From: Catajapyx aquilonaris
Lineage: Eukaryota
Direction of reading: 5' to 3'
DNA length: 25,910 nucleotides
Assembly: GCA_000934665.2 (NCBI GenBank)
Contig: KZ538031.1
Coordinates: forward strand, 124,001-149,910
The notes under the pieces are model-generated. The model worked only from the letters and a program-made list of their open reading frames with translations. It did not search any database and was not told the origin of the DNA. Position 1 is the first letter of the stretch; every line of letters starts with the position of its first letter. Position numbers and translations under genes: made by a program. This document shows, in pieces, positions 1 to 12,639 of this stretch.

Positions 1-165
1 CAGTAGTTTCAACAATCACAGGATACTCTGTAATCAGATTCTATGCATAATCCGACATGAGTATGCAGCTCTCTATTTTATGCTGTAGGAATGCAAGCAG
101 TATCTCAGAATTCCAGAGAAGTAACAATTTTTTAACCTTTGCTCACTATAAAATCATGTAATTAC

Positions 166-3100
166 CTGGCGGCTCCCCGTAGACCTGCAGAGCAGATATG
201 GTGAGAACTCCATCTTTCCATTGCCGTGTGTCCAAGTCAATTTGTCCTAGTAGCTGAGTGCGAGGCATGGCCTTTGGATTAATTGTGTACTGCTTCACAG
301 TCCGCCCTGTCTTAAGCAGTGCTTGTCTCAGCACCCTTATAAGTGAGGTCTTCCCTGATCCGCTGGGCCCAACCACCACAACGCCCATTCTCTGCTGCAG
401 CTGTTCATGCAGCTCCATGCATTTCCTTTGCTGCCTCTCGCTCTCCTCCAATCCCAACTCCTTGAATGCAGTCTGCACTGCAGCCCACAGATCTCCATGT
501 GCAGCATCACTAAAGCTGCACCCAGGAAACACATCCTTAACTAGAGCATCAAACTTATGCGAGTCCCCTGAGGTCAACTTTGACAGCGTATTGAGCCTAA
601 GGGCCCTCACCACCACCTCAGCCTCTTTATTCTCATCAAGGGTCAGCGAATCCTTCCCTTCCCGTTTCATGAAAGATTTCCACTCTTTTAGTGCTGTTCC
701 ACATCCTTTCAGAACTGTCTTGAGGGCACGCAGGCCCCAGTCATAGTGCTGCTGAGGTGACAGAAGCTCACCAGACAGCCGAAAAACCTCAACCAGTTTG
801 TGGCCAATGCTGCGAGCATGCTTGAAGCCCTCTGTGTACAGGATGACCTGAAAAATAGTAAGCGCACACATGATAACTGCAATAACAACAACGACAATAA
901 CAACTCACCTCAGCAATTAGGTCGTTATCTGGCTTGGACATGACAACAGGCCTGAAGAGCTGCTTCAGATTGTCAGGTAATTTCTGTCTGCCTCCATAAC
1001 CCTTTCCAGCAGGGTTAAGGGTGACAAATATTCCAGAATTGGGGTCCAGTGCTACCTCCTCATCCAGGATACGAACCGACTTGGCCCCAGTTTTTAGTGC
1101 AGTTTGGATGGGCTGGATTTGCATCGAGACAGCTGACAAGGTGGCCTCCTCCAGCCTGTTGAACTCATCAAAACAACCCCATGCTCCGCATTTGACTAGC
1201 CCAACAAATATACGTCCCATGGAGCGAACATCTATCCCTTCATCACAGTTGAACACTAGGACCTGCCGTCCGAACAAGCCACCCAGGGCCTTTACTGACT
1301 CAGTCTTGCCTGTGCCTGCTGGGCCATATGGATTGCCTCCAAATCCCATGTGCATTCCCTGGGTTAGGGTCAGATAGCATTTATCTGTTAGGGGTGTGTG
1401 AACTAGTTTTGGAGCATTGCCCTGGTACTCATACGTGTATTGGAATTCGGCATCTACCATCTTGGCCACAGCCACACCATCACTGCGAAGGTAGAATCTG
1501 AAAAAAAAGAAGCAGCATCATACATAAGAGCATGTCATTTGATACTAGTAAGTGACATTGACAGTTTACAATGAAGTATAAAGCCTCCTGACCTGAGCTG
1601 CTTTTGCCAAGCCCAATCTGCAACGCTCTTGACGCCAGCCTTGATAAGTTGCTCCACAATGCTGATGTACAAAATGATGTCTAGCACGAGCGCTTTGAGT
1701 TTCAGTTCAAGTACTATTCCCTCAGTGTCTTCCAAGTCCATTTCTACATTGGTATAGGCCTCCAGCTGTCCTTTCAGCTCGACCATCAGCTCATGTAGTC
1801 CTCCACTCGATATGGCTTCCTCACATTTCTCTGAAAACATTACAGCCTCTCCCAGGCACAGAATCTGGGAGGGGTACTTGTTGGGATCAGGTCCTGTGAC
1901 ATTGCGATGACCATCTCCCAGGCACTCCATCAGTAGAGACTTCAGAGTATCCCGCATCTCAGTGGACAGTTCGTTCAGCCATTCCTCCACTTCAGGGCTA
2001 ATTCGTACCTTGTTGTTCAGTTTGACCCGCTCTCCTTCCAAGGACAACATGGCTGTTATATGTTGATGCTCAGAGTCGAATTCCACATTGTAAATGCCAG
2101 CAAACAACTTCTTCAGGTGAGACTGGATCACCTGAGGCTTAGTTGATTGGCCAAGGATCTCAAGAAGGTCATCATCACCCACAAAGTAAAATCGAGGAAA
2201 GCTTGAGCGCTTTTTCTAATAAAGAATAAAGAGAAATAATAGCACATGATAATTGCAGTGCAGCCTTATTTGCACTAACATCATAAGTTATAATTGTTCT
2301 TGACACTAGAAAAAGTACCTCTAGGAACTCATTGAGACTCTTCTGGCATCTGGATAACTGGTCCAGCAGGGTTGTCAATGTGCTCCTCAAGTTGCTGATC
2401 TTGCAGAGGGAGACCACCCTGTTGTCCCTGGCCACATCTATCATTATGTACTTGAAGTCTTCATCTACTCTCTTGAAGCGATTCTGGTCATTTGACAGGG
2501 TGCCCCTTCCAAATATTGGTTCCAAGTACACCCACCTGTAGAATTTTCACACTGATTAAACACTAATAAATGGCACTTAGTAATTTCAGCTTTGGTTAAA
2601 CATTTCATTCAGTTATCATCTAAACTTGTAATTGGATAACAAATAATTTTCATATGTAATAACATACTTCCAGTACAACAGTTCAGGTAGCTGAAAAATT
2701 CCACAAAAAATGACAAATTCTGTGACAAGAGTGACAAACCTTCTCTGAATCTGGTTAAGATTGTGCATGTACTCGTCCAGATCAGCTAAACGAGTCTCCC
2801 AGATTGAGGCTCTGTCTGAGAAATACTTGTAGTAGGGCGAGGTTTTCACAGACTGCAGCAATGACTGGTTATCTCCAATCTGAAGCAAAACCATTGAATC
2901 ACATCCGCAGAAGCACCTCACAATAGCAGCACGCTACCTTATTGATGATGTCCTTAAAGTCCGTAATGAGCATGACATTAGTCTTCTGCGAATCACGATG
3001 TTCGATGAGATTGAACTTTGCTTCTATTTCCCATACATCGAGTTCACCTAAGGCTTGCCTGATTATGACTTCACCTGTTGCTCTACTGTTCAATTCCTAA

Positions 3101-6100
3101 ATTTAGTAACACAAAGGAAAGTGATTATTAGGATAAAATGTGCCACATTTCCAGCAATGCACGTAGCTGGTAGTAGTGTTTTGATACAAAAAATTATGAT
3201 AAAGCTAGCATGTTATTATCTCTACCACACCTTCAATTTGTCTAATTGCTTCGGAATGTTGTTCCTGACTTTCAAAAAGTGTCCCAGAGTCAGTTGTTCT
3301 ACAGGACAACTTGTCATGTCCAAAATGGAAAACATTTCAGACCAGTGCTTCTCACCAAAGGAGTCTCCCCGGACGTACTTCATAGCTGGTACTAGTGACT
3401 GCAATAAAAAACAGCGGGAATAAAACCTCTTTCATATGACACTCTTTAAAATCGTACAATTGCATAATTCCTGTAGATCTACCTTGTATCGCTCAATATC
3501 CTTGATAAGACTAACTTTAACAGGTGTCATCTCAGTCTCAGATTTCAACTTCCCATGCCACTTCTGCAGATATTCATCAAATAAATGCATCCTTCCACGA
3601 AATACTATCCATTCTTCCTTTGACAGGTTCTGGAGCTCTATAATAATCACACATTATGATGTATTGTTACCAACAACTCTGCATTAATGACAAGCCCATA
3701 GAATACAAACCTCGATTAAATTCTTCATACTGAAGCCAAACCACTTCATGCCTCTCAAGGTCTTTCTCAGTTTCATCTGCGTTTGTAAAGTCTGGTTCAG
3801 GTATGCCGAACTGAGAACACTGCATCCTGTCAAACAAGTCAGCACTTTATATTTTTTGTACATAAGCGAAAGGACACTGCCTCGTCCTCAACCTTTCAAG
3901 AGACTGTTAAGAGTCCATCGCTTGCAAGGTTGTTAGAAACGGGGCACATATCAGATATAAAATAATGGTCAGTTAACAGTGCAACAAATTAATAATAAAT
4001 TAATAGGTAGCCCATCACGTTTGTAACTGATCAAGTCCCATCTACATGCTGAATTTGCCCTTGTAATTCCGCAGGTTACATAAAGCAACACTCACTTGAA
4101 GGACTCTCTGGATTTCATGAGCAAATTCCACTCTTCCCGCTTCTCCTTTATCATAGCAATGGTTTCCAGCATCTTCTCTTCATTTCCCTCCATGTTGTCC
4201 TCCTTTGGTTTCATATGATCCCACCGCATTTGGAAGCGTTCAATCTCGGACATGAAGTTACCGATTTGCGATTGCAAGTTTGTTTTTATTGCGTCAACCT
4301 AATATATGAACAATTTAAAATTTTGTGAATTATGGTGACAACAGATTTTATGAAATACCAGGCAAAACCTGTGCTGCAAGTTGAGTTCATAAAACACATG
4401 TTGAAGCACATACCTGCCTGCCGATGATCTTCTCATAGTTCTCTAGCATGGATTTGAAACTATCATATAAGGATGACATCCTATCCACATATTCAACCCG
4501 ATCTTTGGTCCAGTTGGAAAGTACATGATTTTTCTTGTGACATTCAATCAGCATGGCTTCCATCTTTAAGTTAAACACACATATCACAACAAAATTACAA
4601 ATTTGAAACAACATGCATCATACTTCTGGTGCTTTAAGCATATATTCAGCATGCTTTGCATTGGCTTCTCCTATTTCCTCCACCATCTCGGGCTGCTTCT
4701 TCAGGGTTTCCATACCAGCTGTGAAGAACTTCTCCAGGGTGCTTACATCTCTTATAATCGATGATTGCAGTGAGCTACTTAGAGTATCCCAGTACTTGCG
4801 GTTGTGGATCTCAATCTCAAATCGCACTGGGCTGAAGGTCACTGAAAAGCAGTCAATCTTCTCTTCTGCACTGTAAAAGAAAACCGAATTCAATAATGAT
4901 TCAAGATTGGCTTGTATGATGCCTCTCTAGGCCAGTGCTCCCAAAACTCACAGTAACTTTTCTCTCCAAATTTTGTTTTAAGCAGCTGATAGATTGCCAC
5001 CAGAACACTGGGGCAACATTTGTCTAATCCATCTCCTAATGCATGCTAATGGCTCAGTTTGAAACAAATAATATACTGACTGGAAAGGACTTACGTTGGT
5101 AGTTTAGCAATTTCCTGTCCCCTCATCTTGGACACTCTGAAGTTTCGGTCCCAGTCGTCAGCAGTTTTTAGGTGCTGCTCTGCCAACTTGTCGAGATCAA
5201 CAGTACCTAGAGCAACCCAGTCAAAAAAGCGAAATTTCAGATCATCCAAACGCTGAAACAAGTTCTCTGCCTTCTGGAAGAGCAAGCTAAAGCGGTGAGC
5301 ATTTCTGAAAGAAAATATAATCTGATTATAAATCAAAAGTAATCATTAAAAATATTCACAAATTAATGAATTGGTGCTTTAGCACACAATGTGGTAAGTG
5401 CATTGCAATGGCATATTTTAACAGAAAAATAGCAAAATAAAAATTAATCTGCTGAAAATGTCAAAAAATAAACATTTTTGTGAGCACTTAACGTGAGAAA
5501 AAGTTACAACAAATTAATCTTACATCATCACAATGTGACAATACTTCAACATCCCTTGCACGGCAGAACTCTCTTCACAAGTTACTCATGCAGGCCTTAA
5601 AGTATATAAACAAGCAAATGATACACAAGAAATTGACAAACCAATCTCAAAAAAAGCTGCGGTGCTGTGTGTATGCAACTCTTCATAAGATCCACTCCCA
5701 CCTGTCCACCATGACACCAAAGATCTTGTTCTCACTGTGTTCCCCAACTCCCTTAAAGATGCAAGGTATTGCCAGAAAGCGCTTGAGCTGCCCATAGTAC
5801 TTCATCCTAATTTCCTCCATGGGCGGTCTAAACTGCAGCTTTCCTTCCTTAAAGTGAAGTTCCACTTTAATTTCAGGAAGATGCTCATTCAGGGCCTCTA
5901 AACCCAGCTGGTACTGATACTCCAGAGACTTGTACAGCTGCCGGTCCCAATGAAGCTGCCATGACTTCAGGTTCTTGAATCCCTCCGCCTCAACCTGATT
6001 AAAAACAGCTCGGATCTCTTTCAAGCTCTCCTTCCACTTGTTTTGGTGCCGAAGGAGATCCACTGACATCAACGCTATTACCTGCGAAAGAGAAGCAATG

Positions 6101-9100
6101 TTTCAATCCAATAAAAGGGGCCATACCCTTCATCTATTCTTGCAGATAACATACCAATGATTGCTATCTGTTTACGAGAAGCAAGACACTAGGTGAATTC
6201 GTTTATGGCTGAGTGTAGCAATAGTGTAGCAATAGTGTAGCTCCAGCGAGAGTTCTGCATTCGTTTATGACGAAGCTGCTCTAAAGGGGCAGGGCTTGGC
6301 ATAGCACTGCATTCGTTTATCCCAGTGCAAGGGTCGGGTGTAGCGCGAGTGTAGCTCTGGCCTGCACGCTCGTTCGGGAGGGTGCAAGTGGTGTAGCAGT
6401 GGGTGTAGCTCCTCTTCCACTGTGACGTTTCACACACGTGACCAGGCTGCGCTAGAGCTACACTCCAGTGCTACACTCAGCCATAAACGAATTCACCTAC
6501 TCTGAACTCACTTTCTCTCTAACTTGCACATGATAGGCAGTGAGCTTTTCATTTTGTACTGATAATGTGTCCACAACATCCTGAAGGCGTGTAATGTAAG
6601 CATCCACTGCGTCCAAACGATCCCATGTAATCCCCTGCTGGTCTCGAACAAGAGTGGACAGCTGCAGAGCAGCCTCCAACATCATAGGTCTTTGGGAAAG
6701 AATCATCCTTTCCCCAATCACATTATGGAAAGTGGATACTTGCTCCAGTTGCTTGGCCTGGCGCACAAACTTGCGAGCCAAGTGCGAGGCCTCTAATACT
6801 GGAGGGGGAATTCGGTACCCCATGATGGCAAGCTGGCGCACCTCTTGCATCAGCTGGACTAGTTCCTGGTTGTAGTTCACTCTCATCATTTTGGCAGAGT
6901 CAAAGTGGACAACAGCCTCATTGGTGGACAGACTAAGATTTAAAAGAAATTGCAGCCATGTAATAATTTAAAAGAAAACCACCAATCCAAACAAATGCTC
7001 TGTTAATTACAGATTAACCTGCAACGTTCATGTTCAGTTTATCAGCTCTTGCGTATGTACAGTACAAGGCATGTACTACTTTAGTTTGATATTTTAACAT
7101 TTGAGCTACTGATTATACTGTATTTTGATGAAGTAATAATAATTTAATATAATAATATAAGACCATTAACAATTTGCCTACTCACAGTCAGTGGCATCTA
7201 ATTTAACCTCAGTGTGTAGCAAGTACTGTATGAAACACCAACTCCTTACCCCAGTTTCTTGCTTGCTACAGCAGCTGATTTGTCCTGAGCCCAGGTGTTG
7301 TACTGGTCTTGGCCGTATTCCTTCACTTCATCCAAGACCTCTTGCACCTCTTGGTACAATGTATCATATGTGGGGAGGTCACTCAGAATAATGTCGCCCA
7401 GCTCCTTTATGTCTTTGACCTGATGAAATCATGTAATGTTCAGTGTAATGTTACATTAACTTCAGATACAAGTGTACTACCGGACAGTTGGTAATACCCT
7501 CACCCTATACCTTTGGGTACAAGTTACACCAGCGCAAGATTCATGTTCACATAGTTATTTATTGTTAGGTTCATTGTTGCTAGCAATTAATTACAAGGGC
7601 AAACTCTGCACCTGAATGTTGCTCTGGCACAACTGGCCATTAGATGTTTCAATAATATCTGTACTTTAAAACATCATAAGTTGTTATGTAATATTGCAGT
7701 TGAACATGCTGTACACCTCAAAAAGGTGCCATGCCTACTTTAGCTTCTAGCTGTCGATACCAATAGATGTTGCAGACAACATCTGGCATGTACGGGAGCT
7801 TCTTTGCTTCTGGATCTGGAGAGTTGGAGTTTTCTTTTATGGACTTGATATAGTCGATGAGCAATCCAAGGAGATTTTGCCGTTCAACGACCAGCTCCTT
7901 GCGAATGCTTCCTCTGCGAATCAGCTCTTGGTAGCGCTTGAACTCATGCAGAAGCTGTGAAAAATAGATTTCACATTCTGCAGTTACACACTGTTTGAAG
8001 CCATTCAAAGTACAATGCAAGGGTATATTTAATTAGCTCTTGTTAATAGTAATAATTTTACAGTGAGAATGCCAATGCAGCAGGTAGCTTTGCAAAAATA
8101 GCAACAGCAATTTACCTGAAGTGTGTTGATGCTCATGTTCTGGAGCTGCGACTGAAGTTTCTTGGCTATCTTTCTCTCCACTGGCACTAGAGTGTTGTCA
8201 AATTGCATCACTGCAGCCCTCCAAAGTGGCTCTGTGTACGGGTTGTAGTTTATAGCATTCAAGCCTTCCAAGAGAAATAAAGGGGCAAATCAGATGATGT
8301 GGAGTCAACAATTTTAAAGCCTCTGTTGCAGGTACCAATGAGTCAGAACCAACCTGAAAAAGGCCTAAAAGAATCAGAAGTTCGTAATTCTTGCTGCTCT
8401 TCAACTGAGAGCAGACGGGTGAGTTGCTTATGAAGCAGCCTCAGGCCCAACACCTCCTTCAGCCTTGCGGAGACATTTTGGGTATGGTTGGGCACGTAGG
8501 GTCCACCCTCCCACAAGTGAGGGCCATAAGTGGGCCAGTACACAGAGGTTAACTTCTGGCACACATCACTCCACTTCTCATAAATAGAACATGCCTGATT
8601 CAGTAGTTCATCCACCTGGGGGAATGGGTCTTTCCATAAATCCAACTTGGAGAGCTTCGACTGAACCAATCGGGTCAAGCAGTTGCCTGTAAAAGTAAAC
8701 CGATTGAGTACAACTGCAGCGGGATGAATAAAGTAAAGTAGTTGAAGATCTTACCATTTCAACTACAAATAACAGCTGTAATGTTAAGCAGAAGTTTTCA
8801 ATAAATGCATCACCTGCGATATCAAGTAGATGAAGCATCCTCTTCTGCGGGTAGAGATGGTCATCTGCCTTCCAAATGTCATCCAGAGTGTTGTTAGTAT
8901 TTTCCAGCATTTCTCGGACATCATTCAAATCACCGGCCTGGGCCAGCGAAAAATCTTTGGCAAGGGATCCCACCAGGTCGGCAAAGAACACACCTCTCTT
9001 CTGCCGTTTCTCACTTGACTTGTCCCTGCCCTTCAACTTGCTTTCATCCATCCAGAACTCTTTCTCATCTTCCAGGGTCAATATGGCAGAAAAGTTGTCC

Positions 9101-9925
9101 TCCGACGTGTGGCGGGGTGAGGATGAAGAGAGCTGATTGTCGCCAGAGGAGTGGCGGAGTACACTTCCCAAGCCAAACTCCAGCTGGGTCATAAGAGTTT
9201 GCAGAGTTGGATCCAGGCTTTGACTCCATTTGTCATCCTTGTGCAAGTGGAAGAAAAAAATGCGCAACATTTCTTAAAGGTTGCAATTTTGAACAAGTAT
9301 GCCAAACAATAACAGAAGAATTTTTTTTTAAATGTCATTACAGCATGATTGTGTTCAAACTCTACAGCTGTAGTGTTGAAACTCTTACCTGCAAAAGCAT
9401 TGGCGCAAACACCTTCTGGAGGGAATGATACAAGGCACTGACAGGCGAATCGACCATCGAGGAGACAAAAATGTTGGTATGTATATTGTCTGGAGTGATC
9501 ACTTCTGGACGGATCTTGAAGAATACTATCACCTTTTCCTTTTCTGTCCCCGATGCAGGCTGTTAAAAAAAAATGGTATAAAAATACAGAAATACAAGCA
9601 TAAAAATAGGTTCAGGCCATCACCTTGTTTGTAAAGCATATTTTCCTGTTTTTTTCCTTCTTCTCGTACACCCCACACAGCACAAAGCAGTTGACATCAT
9701 CCAGAAAATTGTTGAGTTCACCGCTGTTGTACAAGTTGTTCAATTCATCATCGGCCAGCGGCGCACCAAAATAATTCCCTGCAAATCGTACCGTTACATA
9801 ACCACTTTGTGTGCATTAATTTATTAAGTTCTATAGTTATAATTTATAATGATAATCAGCTGTCAACCTGCGGTGACCACGAGGAAGTCCTTCCTGCTGT
9901 CCTTCCTGGTGGAAACGGACGGCAT
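166..9925 (-). CDS. DYNC2H1: Cytoplasmic dynein-2 heavy chain (retrograde IFT dynein), 5' portion: tail, linker, AAA1 and part of AAA2; continues beyond position 1
   Basis: Spliced minus-strand exons with GT/AG ends and continuous frame: 9925-9868, 9778-9624, 9559-9389, 9237-8814, 8686-8354, 8264-8116, 7954-7739, 7419-7250, 6932-6512, 6081-5702, 5304-5095, 4870-4624, 4563-4414, 4298-4096, 3826-3711, 3637-3483, 3398-3231, 3096-2938, 2879-2740, 2535-2319, 2215-1593, 1497-909, 847-166. Motifs: N-terminal [16 protein letters not shown] and [59 protein letters not shown]1 P-loop [47 protein letters not shown]2 GPSGSGKT. These match the dynein-2 subfamily as I recall it. Confidence 0.95.
6192..6497. 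mobile_element. Non-autonomous DNA transposon (MITE), 306 bp, perfect 29-bp TIRs, TA flanks, in a DYNC2H1 intron
   Basis: GGTGAATTCGTTTATGGCTGAGTGTAGCA at 6192-6220 and its exact reverse complement at 6469-6497; TA at 6190-6191 and 6498-6499; multiple internal GTGTAGC motifs; no credible coding capacity. Confidence 0.88.
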
Positions 9926-9929
9926 CAGC

Positions 9930-10800
9930 GAAAACTCTGTCTTTTCCTTAGCCTCGCAAGTCTCTTTCGGCCAGCAGGTTCCTTCCAAAATCGAATTCAT
10001 CGATCCCTTACCGGTCGATCGGATCTTCTTATCAGCAAGGTTGCCAGACTCGCCTTTTACCCATGCCGACTGGTCTGGCCGCTTCTTCTTCCGGCCACGG
10101 GGGGATGAAAAAGGGGCGAACATTTTACGAAGAAGAATTTCAACAACATTTTTCCCCCCCAGCAATTTTTGGAACGTGTGAAGTTCAAACCGCCATTTTT
10201 TCGGGCGCCATGTGCAAGCTCGTATCAGCTCATGTCGTTCCCATTGGTCAGAAATGGATACGAGTACCAAGATGGCGGCGACGGAACTAAAATTAACCGA
10301 AACGAATACAAGATTCAAACATATAATTTTAACAAATTATGTATTAAAAATAATAATGGTCATACGAACAAGAGCATCAGTATGTGCTCAAATTTGGACG
10401 TAAATATGGCGAACAGCTATTTTTTTTTGGCTATGTGGTTTCCAGCATGTTTGTAATAAAGTAGCGGAAATAATGTCGTCCGTAATGTTTTAAATGCATA
10501 TTGAACTAATTTAAAACTAATTTTCCAGTACATATTTTAGGCTAAATATTAAAATAGCTTATAGCTTATATGGCAAGTCGCGTCAATAAAATAGCGGATC
10601 CTTTTTAATACGCGACGTTATTTTGCTATTTGAGTCTAACTGAAGTTAAGTGAAGCCTAGTGTGTCCACATGGTGAATTCAGCTGATGAAATAATTGTGT
10701 AAGTACTTGAATTAATGTCTTTACATTAGAAATTACTAGCATAAATTGATTACCATTGGTGCAACCTACCAAGTAGTATGACATTGGTTTGGCTTGTACA
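9930..10800. promoter_or_regulatory. Putative bidirectional promoter/5' UTR region between DYNC2H1 and WDR55
   Basis: Divergent start codons lie <1 kb apart. The 9850-10300 stretch is CpG-rich, with YY1-like motifs in opposite orientations (CGCCATTTT 10191-10199, AAGATGGCGGC 10269-10279) and ATTGG (CCAAT) at 10243-10247. Confidence 0.55.
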
Positions 10801-10886
10801 GTACAAGATGTTTCAGGTGAACCTGGTAAATAATGACACTGTACGCACTATTTGTTGGTAATTGTTTTGCGCACTGGCAGATTGAC

Positions 10887-12639
10887 ATGAGAGAGCGGTA
10901 CGGCTTCCGTGATCCGCTAGTGGACGATCGGTCAGAGAGCGAGGACGACTCGCCTGATATCGTTGTCGTGCCTGTCCCTGGAGCGATGGATCAAGTGTCA
11001 TCGGGAAGCGAAGAGGAGGAGGAGGTAGTGGAGATGCTTGGGGGGCATGCATTCGTCACGTTGGGAGAAGAAGTTTCATCGTAAGAACGTTATCATTTTT
11101 TTGAAATTTTGTGCAACCTTGTTATGTGGCCATACATGTGACGTGGCTGTCCTTGCAGCGATGATGATGATGACGACGACGACGACGACGACGACAACAA
11201 CGATGACGATGACAACAACAGCGATGACAACAAAGATGACGACAATGATGTCAATGAAGATGTAGACGATAATGTCAGCGAAGAAAGCGAAGATGAAGTA
11301 GTCCAAGCCATACGTCGAGAGAGGGAGAAAAAGCAGGCGAAACACCCTCCTGAAATCAAGTTTGAGTGTGAAATCGGCGATATATGTATGCACCCTGCCA
11401 GAGATGTTCTTGCTACAAGCCTTTTGAGTGGTGAAGTTGTCTTGTAAGTCGCAAAGCCGCTTTATGCCGCTTGCCAAAATGTTTAAGTGACATAAATTTC
11501 AGGACGAGTTACACAAATGAGAAGACGGAGACAGTCAAGACCTTCAATCATCACAAGCAATCATGCAGGGATGTTGAGTTCAGTCACTCTGGCGACAAGA
11601 TGATGACGGCATCGAAAGATCATTCCATTTGTGTGTGCGATGTGGAGTCTAGCAACATCGAACGGAGGTTGCTCCAAGCTCATGAGTAAGGCTTAAACTT
11701 GGATAACTTAATGTGCATGTAAATTATGCATTTTGTTTTGTTTTCCGTTCAGGTCACCAATAGCTCGCTTACTGGTAATCGATGAGCACACCTTTGCCAC
11801 TGGGGATGACGATGGTGTAGTCAAGTGTATGTCAGCCTCAAACGTGTTACCATGCGCCACTGCTCTAACCAAATGCTTTTGCTCTTGCAGTGTGGGACCT
11901 TCGACAGGAAAAGTGCACGGAAACGTTCAAGAAGATGTCTTCTTTTGTAATTGACATGATTACTACAGAGGCTGGTCGTACCTTGGTGTGCAGCAGCGGA
12001 GAGGCATGCCTGACCGCTTTTAACCTGAGGTCACGACGATTCGAGTGCCAATCTGAGGAGTACGATGCAGATCTCAATTCCATGGCACTACTGAGAGCTG
12101 AGACCAAGCTGGTTGTTGGTACTTCCATGGGAAAGCTGTACTTATTTGACTGGGGAAAGTTTGGCACACACACTGATGTTTATCCGGGGCACCGCGAATC
12201 TGTCAACAGCATGGTTGCCGTAACTGAAGACATTGCTGTTACTGCTCTTGATGATGGGAGTCTCAGGTAAGCATCGAACACTGTGCCCTCAAAAAATATT
12301 TTCCTCATTTTGGGAATGTGCAAAGCAAATGGTGCAAGGCAGGAGAAAAAATACGTTCTTTTTGCTTCCAGAGCTGTCCACTTCTTCCCACACAAATACC
12401 TGGGCATTGTCGGACAACACCAGGAAAGTGCGAACAAGGTGGACATATCCCATGCTGGAAACATATTAGCCTCGTCCTCCGACGAAGGAACTGTCAAATT
12501 TTGGGACATTTCCTACATCGAGGAGATGGACATTCCAACGGCAGGGAAAAACCAGCCGCAAGATGCCACCAAAAACCTGCCCTCGTCTCAGCACAGGGAT
12601 GCGAAGGATTTTTTCAAAGGACTGGCTGACGACTCATGA
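10887..12639 (+). CDS. WDR55: WD repeat-containing protein 55 homolog (nucleolar WD40 protein) with acidic N-terminal region
   Basis: Exons (10881)10887-11080, 11159-11443, 11503-11685, 11753-11826, 11891-12266, 12372-12639 join in frame. Sequence includes HPPEIKFECEIGDICMHPARDVLA, HHKQSCRDVEFS, FATGDDDGVVKLWDLR, CQSEEYDADL, GKLYLFDWGKFG, RAVHFFPHKYLGIVGQH, KNLPSS and a terminal KDFFKGL, all typical of WDR55. The true start may be ATG 10808 on an upstream mini-exon. Confidence 0.9.
11160..11300 (+). repeat. Coding trinucleotide low-complexity tract (GAT/GAC/AAC) encoding poly-Asp/Asn in WDR55
   Basis: (GAT)4(GAC)n followed by AAC/GAT/GAC mixtures, read in the Asp frame after the acceptor at 11158. 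Confidence 0.85.

Noticed and set aside
1..165. Next dynein exon or a transposon end at the window start
   Set aside because: The expected WIxCDGD continuation is not present, so this is intron; no partner repeat is visible to support a transposon call.
4932..5011. CCAGTGCTC...GAACACTGG short inverted ends resembling a hAT MITE
   Set aside because: The match is too short and there is no 8-bp target-site duplication.
6211..6476. CRISPR-like or satellite interpretation of the GTGTAGC repeats
   Set aside because: The motifs are 7 nt, irregularly spaced, inside a TIR element and in eukaryotic DNA.
258..6875. Plus-strand ORFs such as 258-746, 1021-1377, 4613-4876 and 6654-6875
   Set aside because: They are antisense shadows of dynein exons with no independent motifs or splice structure.
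10035..10250. RFX X-box upstream of DYNC2H1
   Set aside because: Only half-sites (GTTGCCA, GTTCCCAT) without the matching RGYAAC half were found.
11038..11477. ORFs with poly-Thr/Met, poly-Val/Ile or poly-Ser runs
   Set aside because: They are alternative frames or strands of the GAT/GAC repeat encoding the WDR55 acidic tract.
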